64,000 nucleotides of DNA from Podarcis erhardii. Taxonomy: Eukaryota. The translations under genes and the position numbers were made by a program. The stretch lies in NCBI GenBank assembly GCA_964252035.1, contig OZ176216.1; one strand, written 5' to 3'. Positions within the stretch are counted from its first letter, which is position 1. Each line of letters begins with the position of its first letter. Positions 37,155 through 49,686 of the stretch are shown here, one piece after another. Under the pieces are notes generated by a model. It was not told the DNA's origin and made no database searches. It saw only the letters and a list, made by a program, of their open reading frames with translations.

Positions 37155-37310
37155 TACCTTGTGCCTTCTAGAAGTTTTGAACGACAATGCCCATCCGTCC
37201 CAGCTGGCACAGCCATATGATGAGGCTGATGAGACATGGGTGTGCTTGCCTGAGGCTGATAGGAGTTGTAGTCCAAAACATCTGGAGGGCACCAGATTGG
37301 GAAAAGCTGG
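37155..37310. mobile_element. Small palindromic hAT-type MITE
   Basis: gtgccttctagaagttttgaacgacaatgcccatc...gataggagttgtagtccaaaacatctggagggcacc. Confidence 0.65.
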
Positions 37311-39000
37311 CTTGTACATAATTGCACATTTGAGCTCCAGGTCTTAGACTGGTGCTAGCTTTGAACATTCTTCCATCAAATTAGCTTCATGGAACCTACT
37401 TTCTGTAGTAAGTCCTTTGTTTTCTCCATCATGGTTGAGAAACCACCTGACTACCTCTTAGCAGATTAATAGGAGTTAGTGTTGTAATTGTTGGTGTTAT
37501 AAAAGGTCAACATTGTCATGTGTGTGGTTGCTTCCTGATCCTATCCAGAGCAGTCAGGATGGAAGCTAGGAGGTTCAGACTAAAGAGGGGGGAGGCCTGG
37601 AAGATGGCAAATTGCGGGAATTCCTGTCCTGGGAAGAAACACCTGCCTGGCTAGCAACATTTATCCTATTTGATACATTCTTTTTTTCAGTTTTAAGCAG
37701 TTAATATGAATCAAGCAAACAGTTCAAGAACTGCCCTGTCAAATTCTACTCTCAGTTTCTGGGGCACCTACCAGGGATGCTTATATTGTAGCTCCACTGC
37801 CGATGCAACTCAGCTGTTTTCAGCTACATTCTGGTGTCCTTCAAAGTGCCTGAATATAATAGAATTTTGACTACATTCTCCCATGACCATTGCTGTAGAT
37901 ATGGGTTTTTCAAACGTTTTGCCTCTAATTTTAGACACTTGAGTCTCTTTAAAGGCTTAACACCACTTTCCCCTCATGCAAATCACTACCCCATAACCTT
38001 GAAAAACATCTCACACAGCCAGGATCCTACCCAGCCTTCTGCCTATGTTTCAGGCCAAGAGACCTGCAATGGGTCATCACCTCCTGGACAGGAGACCTGA
38101 CAATTCCCCACTTCTGTTCGGTGGCCTGTAATCCACCCTCCTTCAGGTCTTCCATGTGCCAAAGAGCTACAGAGAGGATAGATTAAGGATTGTTCTGGGT
38201 CAAGGCCTTGGCTTGTTGAGCCCTTTGAACATCCACTTGACCTGGGCAACTGCCCGGCCTTGTTGGGTGCTGGTGCCAGGCATGCTTATTTGCCCAGATT
38301 TGTCATGGCTGTGTTGTTGCTGTTTTTCCTTAGGAATTAGCTTCTGGGCAGCTGCTTTTTCTTTCTGCCTGACCCCCCCCCCCTTCCACAGTCAGGTGCT
38401 CACTGGCATTCTAGCTTTAAATTGAAAACATCTTTGCTCTGCAGCATTAAAATAGTTTTCATTCCAGCTCCGCCATTGTTGCCTCCTACAGCTCACTTTC
38501 CACCACCAGATTAAGAAAACAATGTGTAGACCCTTGAAAACCTATTAGGTTGGCATGGCTGCCATGGCGCCAGTGCCATGAGTATAATCCCATTAACCCC
38601 TTACAGGGTACTGGTCTTGCCAGGACTGGGATAATTAGAGTTCAGTTGTAGGGAAAGCACTGAATCAAGGTGTTTCAGCTGTGTGTGGATTACAATAATC
38701 ATCTGCCCTCTTCAGCTGGAGGCAGGTGCTGACTTGAAAAAAGATCTGAAACAATCACTTTGCAAATTTTGGAATCCTTCAGGCTGCCAGAGCGCACATA
38801 CATACCATGCTCACCACTTCCTGTGCAGCTGGTCTCTCGATTCCCCCGTCTTTCCCAATTCAAAAGGCTCATCAGTTTCCTCATGTGCTGGTTTTGCATG
38901 TTGGGTAGTTGAGAATAATACATGTCTGTTTTGTTAGAAAATACTTTATTTTTCTATGAACGCCTCCACAAGCAGTAAGTTAAGAACAGAGTTTAGTTAA

Positions 39001-39239
39001 GAAGAATTTGAAGAGTTTGGATTTGATATCCCGCTTTATCACTACCCGAAGGAGTCTCAAAGCGGCTAACATTCTCCTTTCCCTTCCTCAACAAACACTC
39101 TGTGAGGTGAGTGGGGCTGAGAGACATCAAAGAAGTGTGACTGGCCCAAGGTCACCCAGCAGCTGCATGTGGAGGATGCGAACCCGGTTCACCAGATTAT
39201 GAGTCTACCGCTCTTAACCACTACACCACACTGGCTCTC
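39001..39239 (-). mobile_element. MIR/Squam3-like SINE, relatively intact
   Basis: Minus strand reads gagagccagtgtggtgtagtggttaagagcggtagactc...gggttcgcatcc (A and B boxes), a core, and tail gggatatcaaatccaaactcttc. Confidence 0.85.
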
Positions 39240-40217
39240 ATGAGTTGCAGCTCATGGTTTATTAGGAACAAGACAAATCACAAGCCCAAGTTTGAAAGTA
39301 ATACTAAGCCAAACCATGATTTAGCTCCTGCCAGCACAGCAGAAAGAGGAGCACTGGAGTAGTGAGTGAAGCAACCAGTTTCATCTTGCTCATGCCTGTG
39401 AAACCATAGTTTTGCTTGCTGTTATGTTCAAACTAGGCCTTAGTCCCATAAGTGACTAAAGTGGAAAACACAGGAATCTAAAATTTGCTTCTACATATAC
39501 CATAACAGCAGCATAAAGAATTGTTACAGCTTCCCTAAACAGTTGTGTGTTATCTGCTATGGTTTAATGCTATCCTCCAAAATGGGAACATCTGTCAGTG
39601 CAAAACCTGTGCAAGGGGGAGGGGGAGAGAGAAAAGTTGCATAAGGCAACATCAGGGTGTCAAATAGGGTAGATGTTCAGAAGGGTGCATGTAAAATGCT
39701 ACTTGTCATGTTAACTTGCTGTCTTTTCCTTGCACTTGCTTGCACAGGCTGTATGTGCAATTTTAAACAGCTATTCAGCGTTGGCGTAGTGCGATTCATT
39801 GTCTGTGTTTAAAAATTAACTCTTGCAGCTTGGGACTCCTGTTTATAAGCAATAAGCAAAGCAATGTTGTCACATTCTCACTGGTTCCACAGTATGCACA
39901 TCCACAGCTGCATTTGGCAAATACTTAACAGGAGGGCACATTGTAGCCGCCTTGAGCTTTATTGTTAAATATATTGACGTTCATTTCAGATAAAAACTAC
40001 CTTAGTTGACCCAGCTGGAATTAAATTTGTGTGTGTACTGGCAAAAATCCCTGATGAAGTTTGCCATGCCAAAGAAGTTGCATCCTGCCTATTGAAGAAT
40101 AAACCTGCAGCTTTGCTTCTCACAGGCAGATATATTGCAGAGCTGTGTATTCATTGGGCTTGCCCAAAGGTTTTCAGATGGCACCCTACAATGACATAGT
40201 ATATCAGTTACAGGACA

Positions 40218-40353
40218 GGGTCTGAAAGAACTGGGGGCAACCATATTGCTGGAGCAAAGCAGGTTTGAGTCTGGCCAGTGTCTGGTTGGGAGACTGCCTG
40301 GGTACACTGCCTTGAATTCCATGATGGAAAAAGGTGGAATATAAATGTAATAA
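40218..40353 (+). mobile_element. 5S rRNA-derived SINE
   Basis: agcaaagcaggtttgagtctggccagtgtctggttgggagactgcctggg resembles the 5S A/C-box region; tail gaattccatgatggaaaaaggtggaatataaat. Confidence 0.7.
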
Positions 40354-40802
40354 TTTGTATAGAAGGATTGCTTGTTGCTGATTCCCTGTGGAAATAAAAG
40401 TTTTATTCCCTACTGTTGTTTGAATATTCAAGAAACCATGTGGATTCTTTTTATCTCTCTCCAGTTTTGAAATGGATGACATTTCGTGAGAATTGTGGCC
40501 ATCTATATTTCCAACAAATTGTCTCCTATGCTGTTTTCCTGGAAAGAGCGAGGCATCTGTTTTGGTTAGGCAGAGTAATTTTGTCATGGGGATAATTGTG
40601 CACCCCAGAGAACTCCTTTTGTTGCAACCCAGTTGCCCAGGAATCAGAGTGCACTTGTTTGGGTTTTCGGTAGCACTGGCAGTTTTCCTTATATAAGCCA
40701 GTGGGATTTTGACATTCCCCTTTTACTAATGTGATTTAGGGAAAGTTGAAAATGGTGAGAACTTTCAAGGGATTCAGTAGATGTCACTTGCATTACATCA
40801 TC

Positions 40803-40937
40803 ATTTATTTATTTATCCTGCCTTCCTTCCATCATAGAATTCAACGCGGCATAGTTGTGGCTTCCAGGCAGTCTCCCGTCTAGGCACTGACCAGACCTTA
40901 GTTTGAGCAAGGCTGCGGCTTCCTGGCCTTTCAGACC
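40803..40937 (-). mobile_element. 5S rRNA-derived SINE
   Basis: (attt)n tail, ccttccatcatagaattcaa, then ttccaggcagtctcccgtctaggcactgaccagacc...ttcagacc. Confidence 0.7.
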
Positions 40938-43904
40938 AAATCTTGGAGCCAGGACTTGCAAATTTGTTCTGATGCAGCAATCAGCAGTTACCATTTTGAC
41001 ACATTTATTTGTTGCTAAAGTCTAAGGATCAAATTGAAAACAGCATCAGGTTGGCTTTTGCATCCTGATACCGTGACCATACTTTTGGAAGGGTTATCAA
41101 GTAGATGCACTTCACCCAGGCTCCTGTTTTGACTTAAATTTTGTTGAAGTAATAAGTGGCTGGTGTTACGTTCCAGCAAAATACTGTGGCAACAGAAAGC
41201 CTTGGGCAGGTGAGTCTCTGCTCTTTTAGAAGAGAAAAAGCAAAGGGAGGGATAAAAGGGAGGGACCCAGGAAGGAATGTTCGACTCCCGGTCCCCACAT
41301 TAAAAGTACTGTGCAGCATGGGACGAAGTCTAGATTGATCACTACTGTCAAAGAAGGGGTAGGCCTTCTTCAGTTTCTTACAGTGCTACTGATTTCAGTG
41401 GAGCTTGCTCTCAAGCAAGTATGCATAGGATAGAAGCCTTGATGAATTTCAGCTTAAAGAATTATGTAGAAAAAAAGAAGAAGCCCAAAATATGTAATGC
41501 TGAGTTTGGGGCTATAGGTTTCGCACCTTTTGTACAATGTGGAGCCAAGAGGGTCCCATTCTAAGATCCTCTCTTGAGACCAGAGAGGCCTTTAGATTGC
41601 ATACCTGCTAACAGTGTTTGGTATAAAGGCAGGCAAAGAGGAGTGTTTTGCTTCCATTTGTTTTTCCTAAAGACCCAATTTTTATTTCCTTTATTTTGCC
41701 ACAAAAGCTACAATGTGAAATGGAATGGGCACTAGCTGATCACGTGGACCGTCTTTCTTTGGGGCCTGTTTGCATGGGTATCACACTAGGTTTTTCCACC
41801 TGCTCTGTTTAATTTCTTCCTTACGGAGCATGAGGCAATATACTTGTCCCAAGTTGAGATGACAGCAGTGACCGCAGTTCTAGAGAAAGAGAAATTGTCC
41901 AAAGTTTTCTGCAAGTGTTCCTCGGGTCAGTCGTTCATTTGGCTCTCAAAATTGTTTGCTCATATATAACCCTTTGAGATATTGTGTGTAATTAACTTCT
42001 GAACTTATTTTGAATAAGGTGGGGGGAGAGGAGAATGCACTCTTCAGATCTTGGTAGATAGGCAGCGTTTCATCGCTATTTTTCTTGCTGATCGCAAGGT
42101 CGCTTCCAACAGCTGTTCTGTCGTAATTAGCCAAGCCAGTCTTTGTGGTGTGAACAATTGAAAAATTATAGGGGTCAGTGGCTCAGTTTCTTAAATTTTA
42201 ATAAGTACATAAAAAAAACCCAAAGTGCTGACTGATGAAAAATTTATTTTGCTAAAGAGAGTAGTAAGCCTTTTTAGGTGTTGAAAAAAACTTTAGTACC
42301 AACCCCCCACCCCCACCCCTATGGGGAGGCCCCAGAGGCATTGATGATCCCAGAGGTGGCTGTTTCTAGGGCAGCATGAAGTTCTAGTTAATGGAGGTTG
42401 GCCCTTGTTTACACAGAAAGGCAGAGAGCGGCTCCCTGCCTGTAATCTCTGCTTTGCCTGATGGCTTGGCTATTTCTGAAAGCTCCTCATGAGTGGAGTC
42501 TGAGGATGAGGAATGAAGCAGCTGTTGTGTGAGACTTCGGAAGAGAGAGTGCAGGATTTTTCGGAACAACAGAAAAGTTGTGTTAAAACATACAGTGAAT
42601 TTGTCAGCATTAACATAACCTCAAATATTTCTCCCCTCTCTCCATCCTGAGGGTTTAGCCCTCCATTTATGAAACGTGGTTTTAGAGCTTTCAGCCTCTA
42701 CACTTGGAGCTTTCTTCACAAAAGCATTCAACCCTTTCATTTGCACAAGAGCAAATGTAAGAACTTATGGCTGCACGTTCCTTTCGCGCCTTCCGATAAA
42801 AACCACAGTGGCTTAACTTGACAAAAGAAGCCCAAATTGCTCTCCGATGCGCGCACTCTATTGCCTTGAGGTGCAATTTTAAAGCAAGGAGCCAACAAAA
42901 AGGTGTGAGTGGCAGAGAAAAGACTTCATTTGTTATCTCTCTTCCTTTAGAGTTTCATCTGGCCCCCATTTCCATAGCATTTGAACAGCCTCTCCAGCAG
43001 CATTTAGTTCTTTCTCACTGCCCTGTGAGACAGGGCACCTCTTTGCCTTTTGTAGGAACAGAATAGAGCAAAATGACCTACTCAAGGTCACACAGGAATC
43101 TGGGGCCATTCACACACTACTTTGTACCCCTGACTGTAATATCAAAAGGAAATTGCTACACTTGACTGATCTGTAAGCACAGGTGCACTAAAATATGCAA
43201 GACCATACTGTAGAAAGGGAAGAGCCTGTTGTCTTGGGAGAGACATAGCAGTTACTCCATAATAGGTGCCACAAACCAGTAGATCTCATATCTTGGATGC
43301 TCCTTGCAATGGCTCTTAGCTAAATGTATGAATGGTCTTTGCTTGAAAAGTATTGGCGTTAGTTTGACTTCAAGTGGCATATGTGCTCAAGTGAATGGTC
43401 TAGTTGGCACTGGAGTTTGCCTGATCAGTTCTTCAGATGGGAGCCTGCTGCAAGTCCCACATAAGAGCAGGATAATGTGTATGTCTGTATCTATTACACC
43501 CCCATCCAGCATCTCCTTCGTATGCGTGAGGACTGATGCATGGCCATGATGCCATGTGTTCAGCGATTGCCTGTTCATCTCAAGGTGATGGAAATGCTTT
43601 GCAAGTATGATGTACACAAAGCCTTGTGCAACACTGAAGTGAATGAGCCAGCCTTTCCTCATGCAAAATACTGGGGAGGTTTGGATACTGGGTGGATGGG
43701 TTTAAATTTAAACACCTTCTGCAGGATCACATACTTGTGCCTGCATATTTTCCAAGCAAAGCTTCAAGACAGAGTTATGTTTGCTATGGAGGCTTGTTGG
43801 CATCTTCCTTGGCTGCTCCAAAAACTTTTTGCTGTTACTCAATTATAGCCTGTGTATAACAAATGAAATCTGATTTTATTGTTCTCGTGCTCGTAACCCC
43901 TAGG

Positions 43905-43990
43905 CCGGATGAAGATCCATCTGCGGCTCTGAAGCTTGCTGAACATCTTTAAACAGCTAGAGTTGGCCCAATAAAAAGGAAATGATCTTC
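43905..43990 (+). mobile_element. Degenerate Penelope pLTR fragment with decayed hammerhead core
   Basis: ccggatgaagatcc...ggctctgaagcttgc...agttggcccaataaaaagg resembles the reptile PLE end CTGA.GAAG...GAAAGCTTG...GTTGGTCCAATAAAAG. Confidence 0.45.
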
Positions 43991-45106
43991 ACTTAATCTG
44001 CATCTCCCAGATGCTTCATAAAAAGTCACAGGACAAATGAGTTATCCGCCCCTTGTCGTCCATTGTCAGGCTTTGCCAATGGGCATAGTTTTCAGGGCTG
44101 TTCTGTTCCAGACGGGAAGGAGGCAGTGTGAAACTCCAGCAAGAACGGATAAGTGCTCTTGGAGATTATAAATATATAGATCTACTCCAGCCAACATGGG
44201 AACCCTAAGGCACCCCACAGCACGTTAATTTGAGGGGAGGATTGCTCCATTCTGAATGGTTACCTCTCCTTTCTTCAACACCTGGGTTACGTTCCCTTTG
44301 GCTGGATTCCTTTTAAAAGCAGTGAGGTGAAAGAATAGCTGGAGATTTATAAAGATGTTTTTAGATAACATTTGCTCAGCTGTGCATTGGCAAAAGATTT
44401 TCAGAGTCTATTAGGCAGAAAATGCTCTCGGTTCTTTTGAATCGTAAGATTGATTTACAAAATTGGCATCTAATGGTTTACAACTGGAATAAATTTCCAG
44501 AAATTGGGCCACAGAGAGAAACTTCAGAGCAACGCCAGTGTGTCTGGAGCCTGTTCACTTCCCCCTCTAGAAAGGTGCCGCTTATTTCACTCTGCAATCC
44601 ATTTTTTTCCCCTAATTAGGGAACATGGTTAAGTTCAGAGCAAGCTCTATTCATTTCTATGTTGTGACAAAAAACAGTTTGAAAGGGGAGCGAGCTACTG
44701 GGGGGGTAGGAGAGAGAGAGAAGAGAGAGACTCATAACTAGATTCCCTCCCCTTCTTTTTTTCTCTCCTCCTGCCAAGTTTGAAAAGGCCAAAGTCTGAG
44801 AAATCCTGAAAAATTAATGGGGTCTCAGTAGGTTCCATACACTTGCCAGTGACCTCTCCTCTCCCAAGCCCACCATGGGTCACAAATGGAAACTTTGTAG
44901 CACAATAGCTGCACAGTGGCTGTGCTTTTGTATGTAAATATGACCTAAAGCAATGTGGGGAGCCGGTGGTCCATTGTTGCCAGTGATGGTACAATTTTCA
45001 AATAGGCGCACTCGGGGCTTTTCAGAGTGTGCCGCAGAGATAGCGCAAATGTCACCAGCAGGCTTCTTCCCTTGCCAGCATCCCTGGTTCCTGCCATCTT
45101 CCTCAA

Positions 45107-45107
<1 letters not shown>

Positions 45108-45148
<41 letters not shown>
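45108..45148 (+). repeat. (CA)20 microsatellite
   Basis: Read directly. Confidence 0.95.
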
Positions 45149-45149
<1 letters not shown>

Positions 45150-48100
45150 AATCAGAGTCGCTGCTAAATAATTTAGAAATTGCCTCAAAGGGATTTAAAG
45201 GGAAGCAAGGAAAAGAAAGGGGTCTTTTGCCTTTAGAAAACATACACAGCAGCCCATTGACCTCACTTTTCCAGCTCATGATGACTGCCTCCTTGGGTCA
45301 TTCTCTTCCCTCCTCCCCACATTTAAAATATTTGCAAGCATCCCACAGGGTTCAGACTTTCGTAACAGTCAGAATTTTCCTATCTCACTGAGGAGGTTTT
45401 TGTTTGTTTTTTTAAAGATTTCCTCCCCTTAGTTGAATTTTTCCAGTTAGTGAATCCCAGGGTTTCTAGTCAGCCCTTAATGATGATATAAACTTGAATT
45501 GTTAGAGCTCAGATGTTACCAACCTGGGCATATTTTCCCGTTTTGTCTCAACAACAACAGTAGTTTGTGTGTACCTTTTGGGTTGGAGAAGATAGTTTGG
45601 GACAGCTGGGTTTTGGGGTATATCAGAAGCATTTCTGGCATTTTTACATAATCATTTTACACATTTCTACAAAATGCGTCAGGCATTTGATAATTAGAAA
45701 CTTGTTAAAAGTGCTGTATCAGGTGGTTGAGTTCATTCCTCTGATCAGTTGTTCTTGATTCAAATGGATTTGTAATTGTAGTTTTAAATGTTCTTCAATA
45801 TACAAGTTATTACTTTTTTCTATAGTGCTCACATGCTGCTATGCTTTTATTGTATTTTGATAATATAGGAAACTCAGCAAACAGGAATACTAGGAGTGAA
45901 CTCAGTGAACAATAACAACCCTGATCTGGTTCCTTCTGAGTTAAAAAACAAAACTAATTTGTATGTTTGCATGGGCAGGACAGAAGTGAGGAAGTGCAAG
46001 CCAGAAAAACTGACCATCTGTCTTTCTACTGCCATTCAGAGGCATACTTAGACTCCCTTGCACCCTTGGCAAGGAGCTATTCCTGCCTTCCTCCTAGAAA
46101 CCCAGAGTAGCACAGGAGTTGCCCAGGGAGCAGGCAAATGGGCAACTACTTTGAGCCAGAGTGGAGAAGTGTGAGTTTTGTGCCCCCCACTGGGCCTGCG
46201 CCCTTGGCAGGGGCCATCCTTGCCAACCCCTAGGTTTTCCCCCTCCTGGCATTCCATATAATCTCATGGGAATGCCTTTCTCCATCAGATATTTTCACCT
46301 GTAAATTAATGACATTGATACCTGCTGATAGGGTGGAGAAGAAAACGTGGTGTGTGGGAGGAGATGTTTTATTAAAATATCGCTCTCACACAGTGCAAAA
46401 TGACACCTCCTCCCATATTCACAATGGTTTGGGTTGCAAACATTCCCCCCATGCACAGCAAATGCAAGAAACTTTAATCTCCCTACAGTATCATGTAGCC
46501 AAATGTTATTTGGCTCTGTCATAATGTGATGTCATCACTCTGATCATGTGATTCTTGAGTGGCTGGGATTTCCTCAGTAAGAAGGCTTTGTTTATTGAAC
46601 AAAAGCAAACCCAGTGCCTAAGCCTCTGTGAGCAGGTGTCAAGTGGTGCATTAACAAGCAGGTGGGTGTTAGCATTGTGAAACTCCTCCATACCCTTTTG
46701 CTGGGAGGGAAAAAAAATGGGTGGAAATTCAGCACAGCTTTAGTTGTTGCCATCTGTCTGTAGGTATGCAGCACTGAGGAAACAGTGCTTTTCAGCTCTG
46801 CAAATCCAAGCAGTGATATGTAGAGCTTATATATTTATCTCATTGAAGCCTGGCTTTATATCAGAATTTATTATTTCTTTTATGAGGTAGTCCAACAGCA
46901 TTTGGGAAGCATAGATCGGACATCTCCTGGGGCTTTCCAGGCCTTCAGGATTAATGGCAAAGAATGGCCCTGCTTCACTTATCCTTATGTGAGCTGAAGG
47001 GTTCCTTTGGTTGTGCATTTAAAACTGACTATCCCTGCAGAGCCAACCAGTAGTGAAGAGGGCCGCGTCGTTCCATCAAATGTGTGAAAAGCTCTTTAAA
47101 AATCCAAACGGGAGAGCTAATTATTTTCCCTAACCGCTTTACTCTTTCAAATCTTTTGCCGTAATGGAGATTTAGAATCCATCAGTGTTTAGCTATTATT
47201 TCTGTGTAAACGTCATGCCCTATTGCGTCAAGCAAACAGTCAATTTTTTCCATTACGTTTAGCTGCAGATAACAAAGGGTGCGAATGAGCATACTGTGGG
47301 CCCTGCCATTTCATTTGTTCACACTCGCATAAATAATTGTGGAAGGAAAGGGTTAAAGCCTTGGCATGAGCTGGTTCTGTGCTGTTGATGGAGGCAGCTG
47401 CCTCTGTCTGGCTGCCCTGATAATCTTATGCAAGGTCTTGTTCACTCCATGGCCAGATTAGTAATCTCTTAATTTAACCCCTTCCTGCATGATACCTGAA
47501 GCCGAACCATTTTACACAGCCATTCCAAAAAGTGAATTATAATCAGGAACTTCCACATTTTAGTCTGAAGCACAGAACTTCTTCTCAGAATGCACCTCTA
47601 ACCTCTTCTGTGTAACCTTCCGTTGTTTATAAGGGCAATGGCAAACCAAAATTAAGTTACTTTGAAATAGCAAATCATATTTTATTTGTTGGGGAATTTA
47701 AGATGGCATGTCACACCATGTGAGCATTTCACAAGTTATAGTCTAGGAAGGGCCACATCTCATGTCGTTCTTCCCAACCTGCATTCTTGACATAGTAAGT
47801 GGCTTTTGGCATACTTTAGTGAACATGGTATCGGAGACAGTGGTGTCAATTATTGCTTTTAACTGTAAAAGGTGTAGGGGTAAACGGGGAGAATACGTGA
47901 TTATTGCAGTTACATGTACTTTGACTTTGTTACAGCGGGGAACGGGAGCTAGGGGTAGCATCAAACTGTTCACTCAGGAAAAGCAGGAATGCCATTCTAG
48001 GCATGCGTCACTCTCCCTTCCCTTCCCTGAATGTGTGGTGTGTAAAGCTCACATTAAAACTCTGAGGGGAGTTGTGATCCTGGCTTGAATTTTTAGTATC

Positions 48101-48861
48101 GCAATAGAAATATCCAAATGCAGAAATGGGGGTGTTTGTGTATGCGTTGAATGCTTTTTGTTGGGAACCTAAAGCTACTCACCTCTCTCACTTTTTATTT
48201 TATTTTTAAAGCAGTAAATAGCATGCTGGCTGTGTAGCATATGGCTGTTAAGAAAAGAGGTTTCCTCTTTATATATAGCTTGTTCCCAGCAGAGGCATTT
48301 ATTTAAGAAACAAATGCTTCTGGTTAGCTTCTGTATGGATTCGGTCCAGCTTTAAACCACCGCCACGAGTAAAATTCATTTGGCGCAAAGGAAATAAAAA
48401 CAAATGCTTCCTGACATTGGGTACTTCCGCCCAGGGGCCTCTGAGACTCTTTTACCTCCTTGTTTCTAGTTTTTTTTTTCCTTTTAAATAACTATTGCAT
48501 TACTCTAACTTCAAACTTGGCAGCCTAAGGCACTGTAAATATTGAAACAATTTAATTGTTGGATGATACAGTGGGATTCCTAAAATAGATCCTACATACA
48601 TACAATATATTTATTTCCAAAAGGATTATATAAAGGAATTTGTCTCAGTGCTTATGTCATGCAAAGGTCAGGAAATGAGTTTCATAACTTTTGTATTTCA
48701 TCTTTTTTTTTTAATAGACATTTCATTTGTATTTTACTTTCCCCCTCAGAAGCCTGTATCTTTTAGTGTGTACAATCATAATTATGTGGGAGTCCTGTCC
48801 AATATGAATCTAAATGCTGTAGAGGGAAGTGAGAGGCAGATGGGGCTCAGAAACCTGGGAA

Positions 48862-49230
48862 GGTAGCCCATCTACGAGAAGGAAAACTCTGATCCTAAAC
48901 CTCCGCTGCCTTGTGGAAGGAATATCTTTGGGAGAAGAAAAGGCTAAGGAGTAAAACGTACCCAAATCCAGAGTGGAGTCCCTAAGACAGTTGGATGGTG
49001 CCTTGTGTGCCTCCTTCTGGCAACTCCTGCAGCCATGCTGATGCCAGGCCCATTGCTCTGCTTTCCTTTGGACCATATTACTGAATTTTGTCATCTTGGC
49101 AGCCATGGACTCCCATACACAGTGCCCAGACTTGCACTCCAGAGAGGTCACTTTGATGCTGCTAACACAGCGGTTTGACTTCACCCTTTAAGGCACACTC
49201 CATTGTCTTTCGAGACAGACTGATGCCAAT
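48862..49230 (+). mobile_element. RTE-clade-like non-coding retroposon segment, copy 1
   Basis: ggtagcccatctacgagaaggaaaactctgatcc...ggcaactcctgcagcca...gagacagactgatgccaa; collinear with 63144-63468. Confidence 0.6.
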
Positions 49231-49573
49231 AACCGGATGACTTTTCACTGAAATTGCATGATGGCTGGTTGATAAAAATAAAATGAATTGGAATAACTAA
49301 AAAATAATAATGGGGGGGGGGGTGAGCCAGCTGGAGGTGACTAGTGAAAATAAACATTCGTCCCTGTCTCTTTACACCCGGGGTGGGAGGATGCCTTTTC
49401 TGTGAAGAGTGCTAACTTTAATTGCTTGCTGGAGGAAAGGTTTTGAAATCATAACAGAATGCCAGCAAAGGAGGAGATAATCTAACTTCAAGGGACACAT
49501 AGCAGGTATCACTACAGAAAAAACCCTTTTTGCACATTGGGACCAACCTTCATAGATTATCTCAGAAAGCAAG

Positions 49574-49686
49574 CAGCATGGTGCCCTCTAGATGTTGTGT
49601 GCAGCTCCCATCAAACCCAATCAGCTAGCCCAATGGAAAGGAATGATGGAAGTTGTAGTCCACAACAGCAGGGGGCTGCCATGTTG
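49574..49686. mobile_element. Small palindromic hAT-type MITE
   Basis: gtgccctctagatgttg...ctcccatc...gatggaagttgtagtccacaacagcaggggg. Confidence 0.55.

Noticed and set aside
40253-40302. 5S rRNA gene
   Set aside because: Only the internal control region matches, with many substitutions, and it is followed by a retroposon tail.
42384-42569. 61-aa minus ORF / protein-like plus frame
   Set aside because: The plus frame has internal stops, and neither reading has splice support or homology I recognise.
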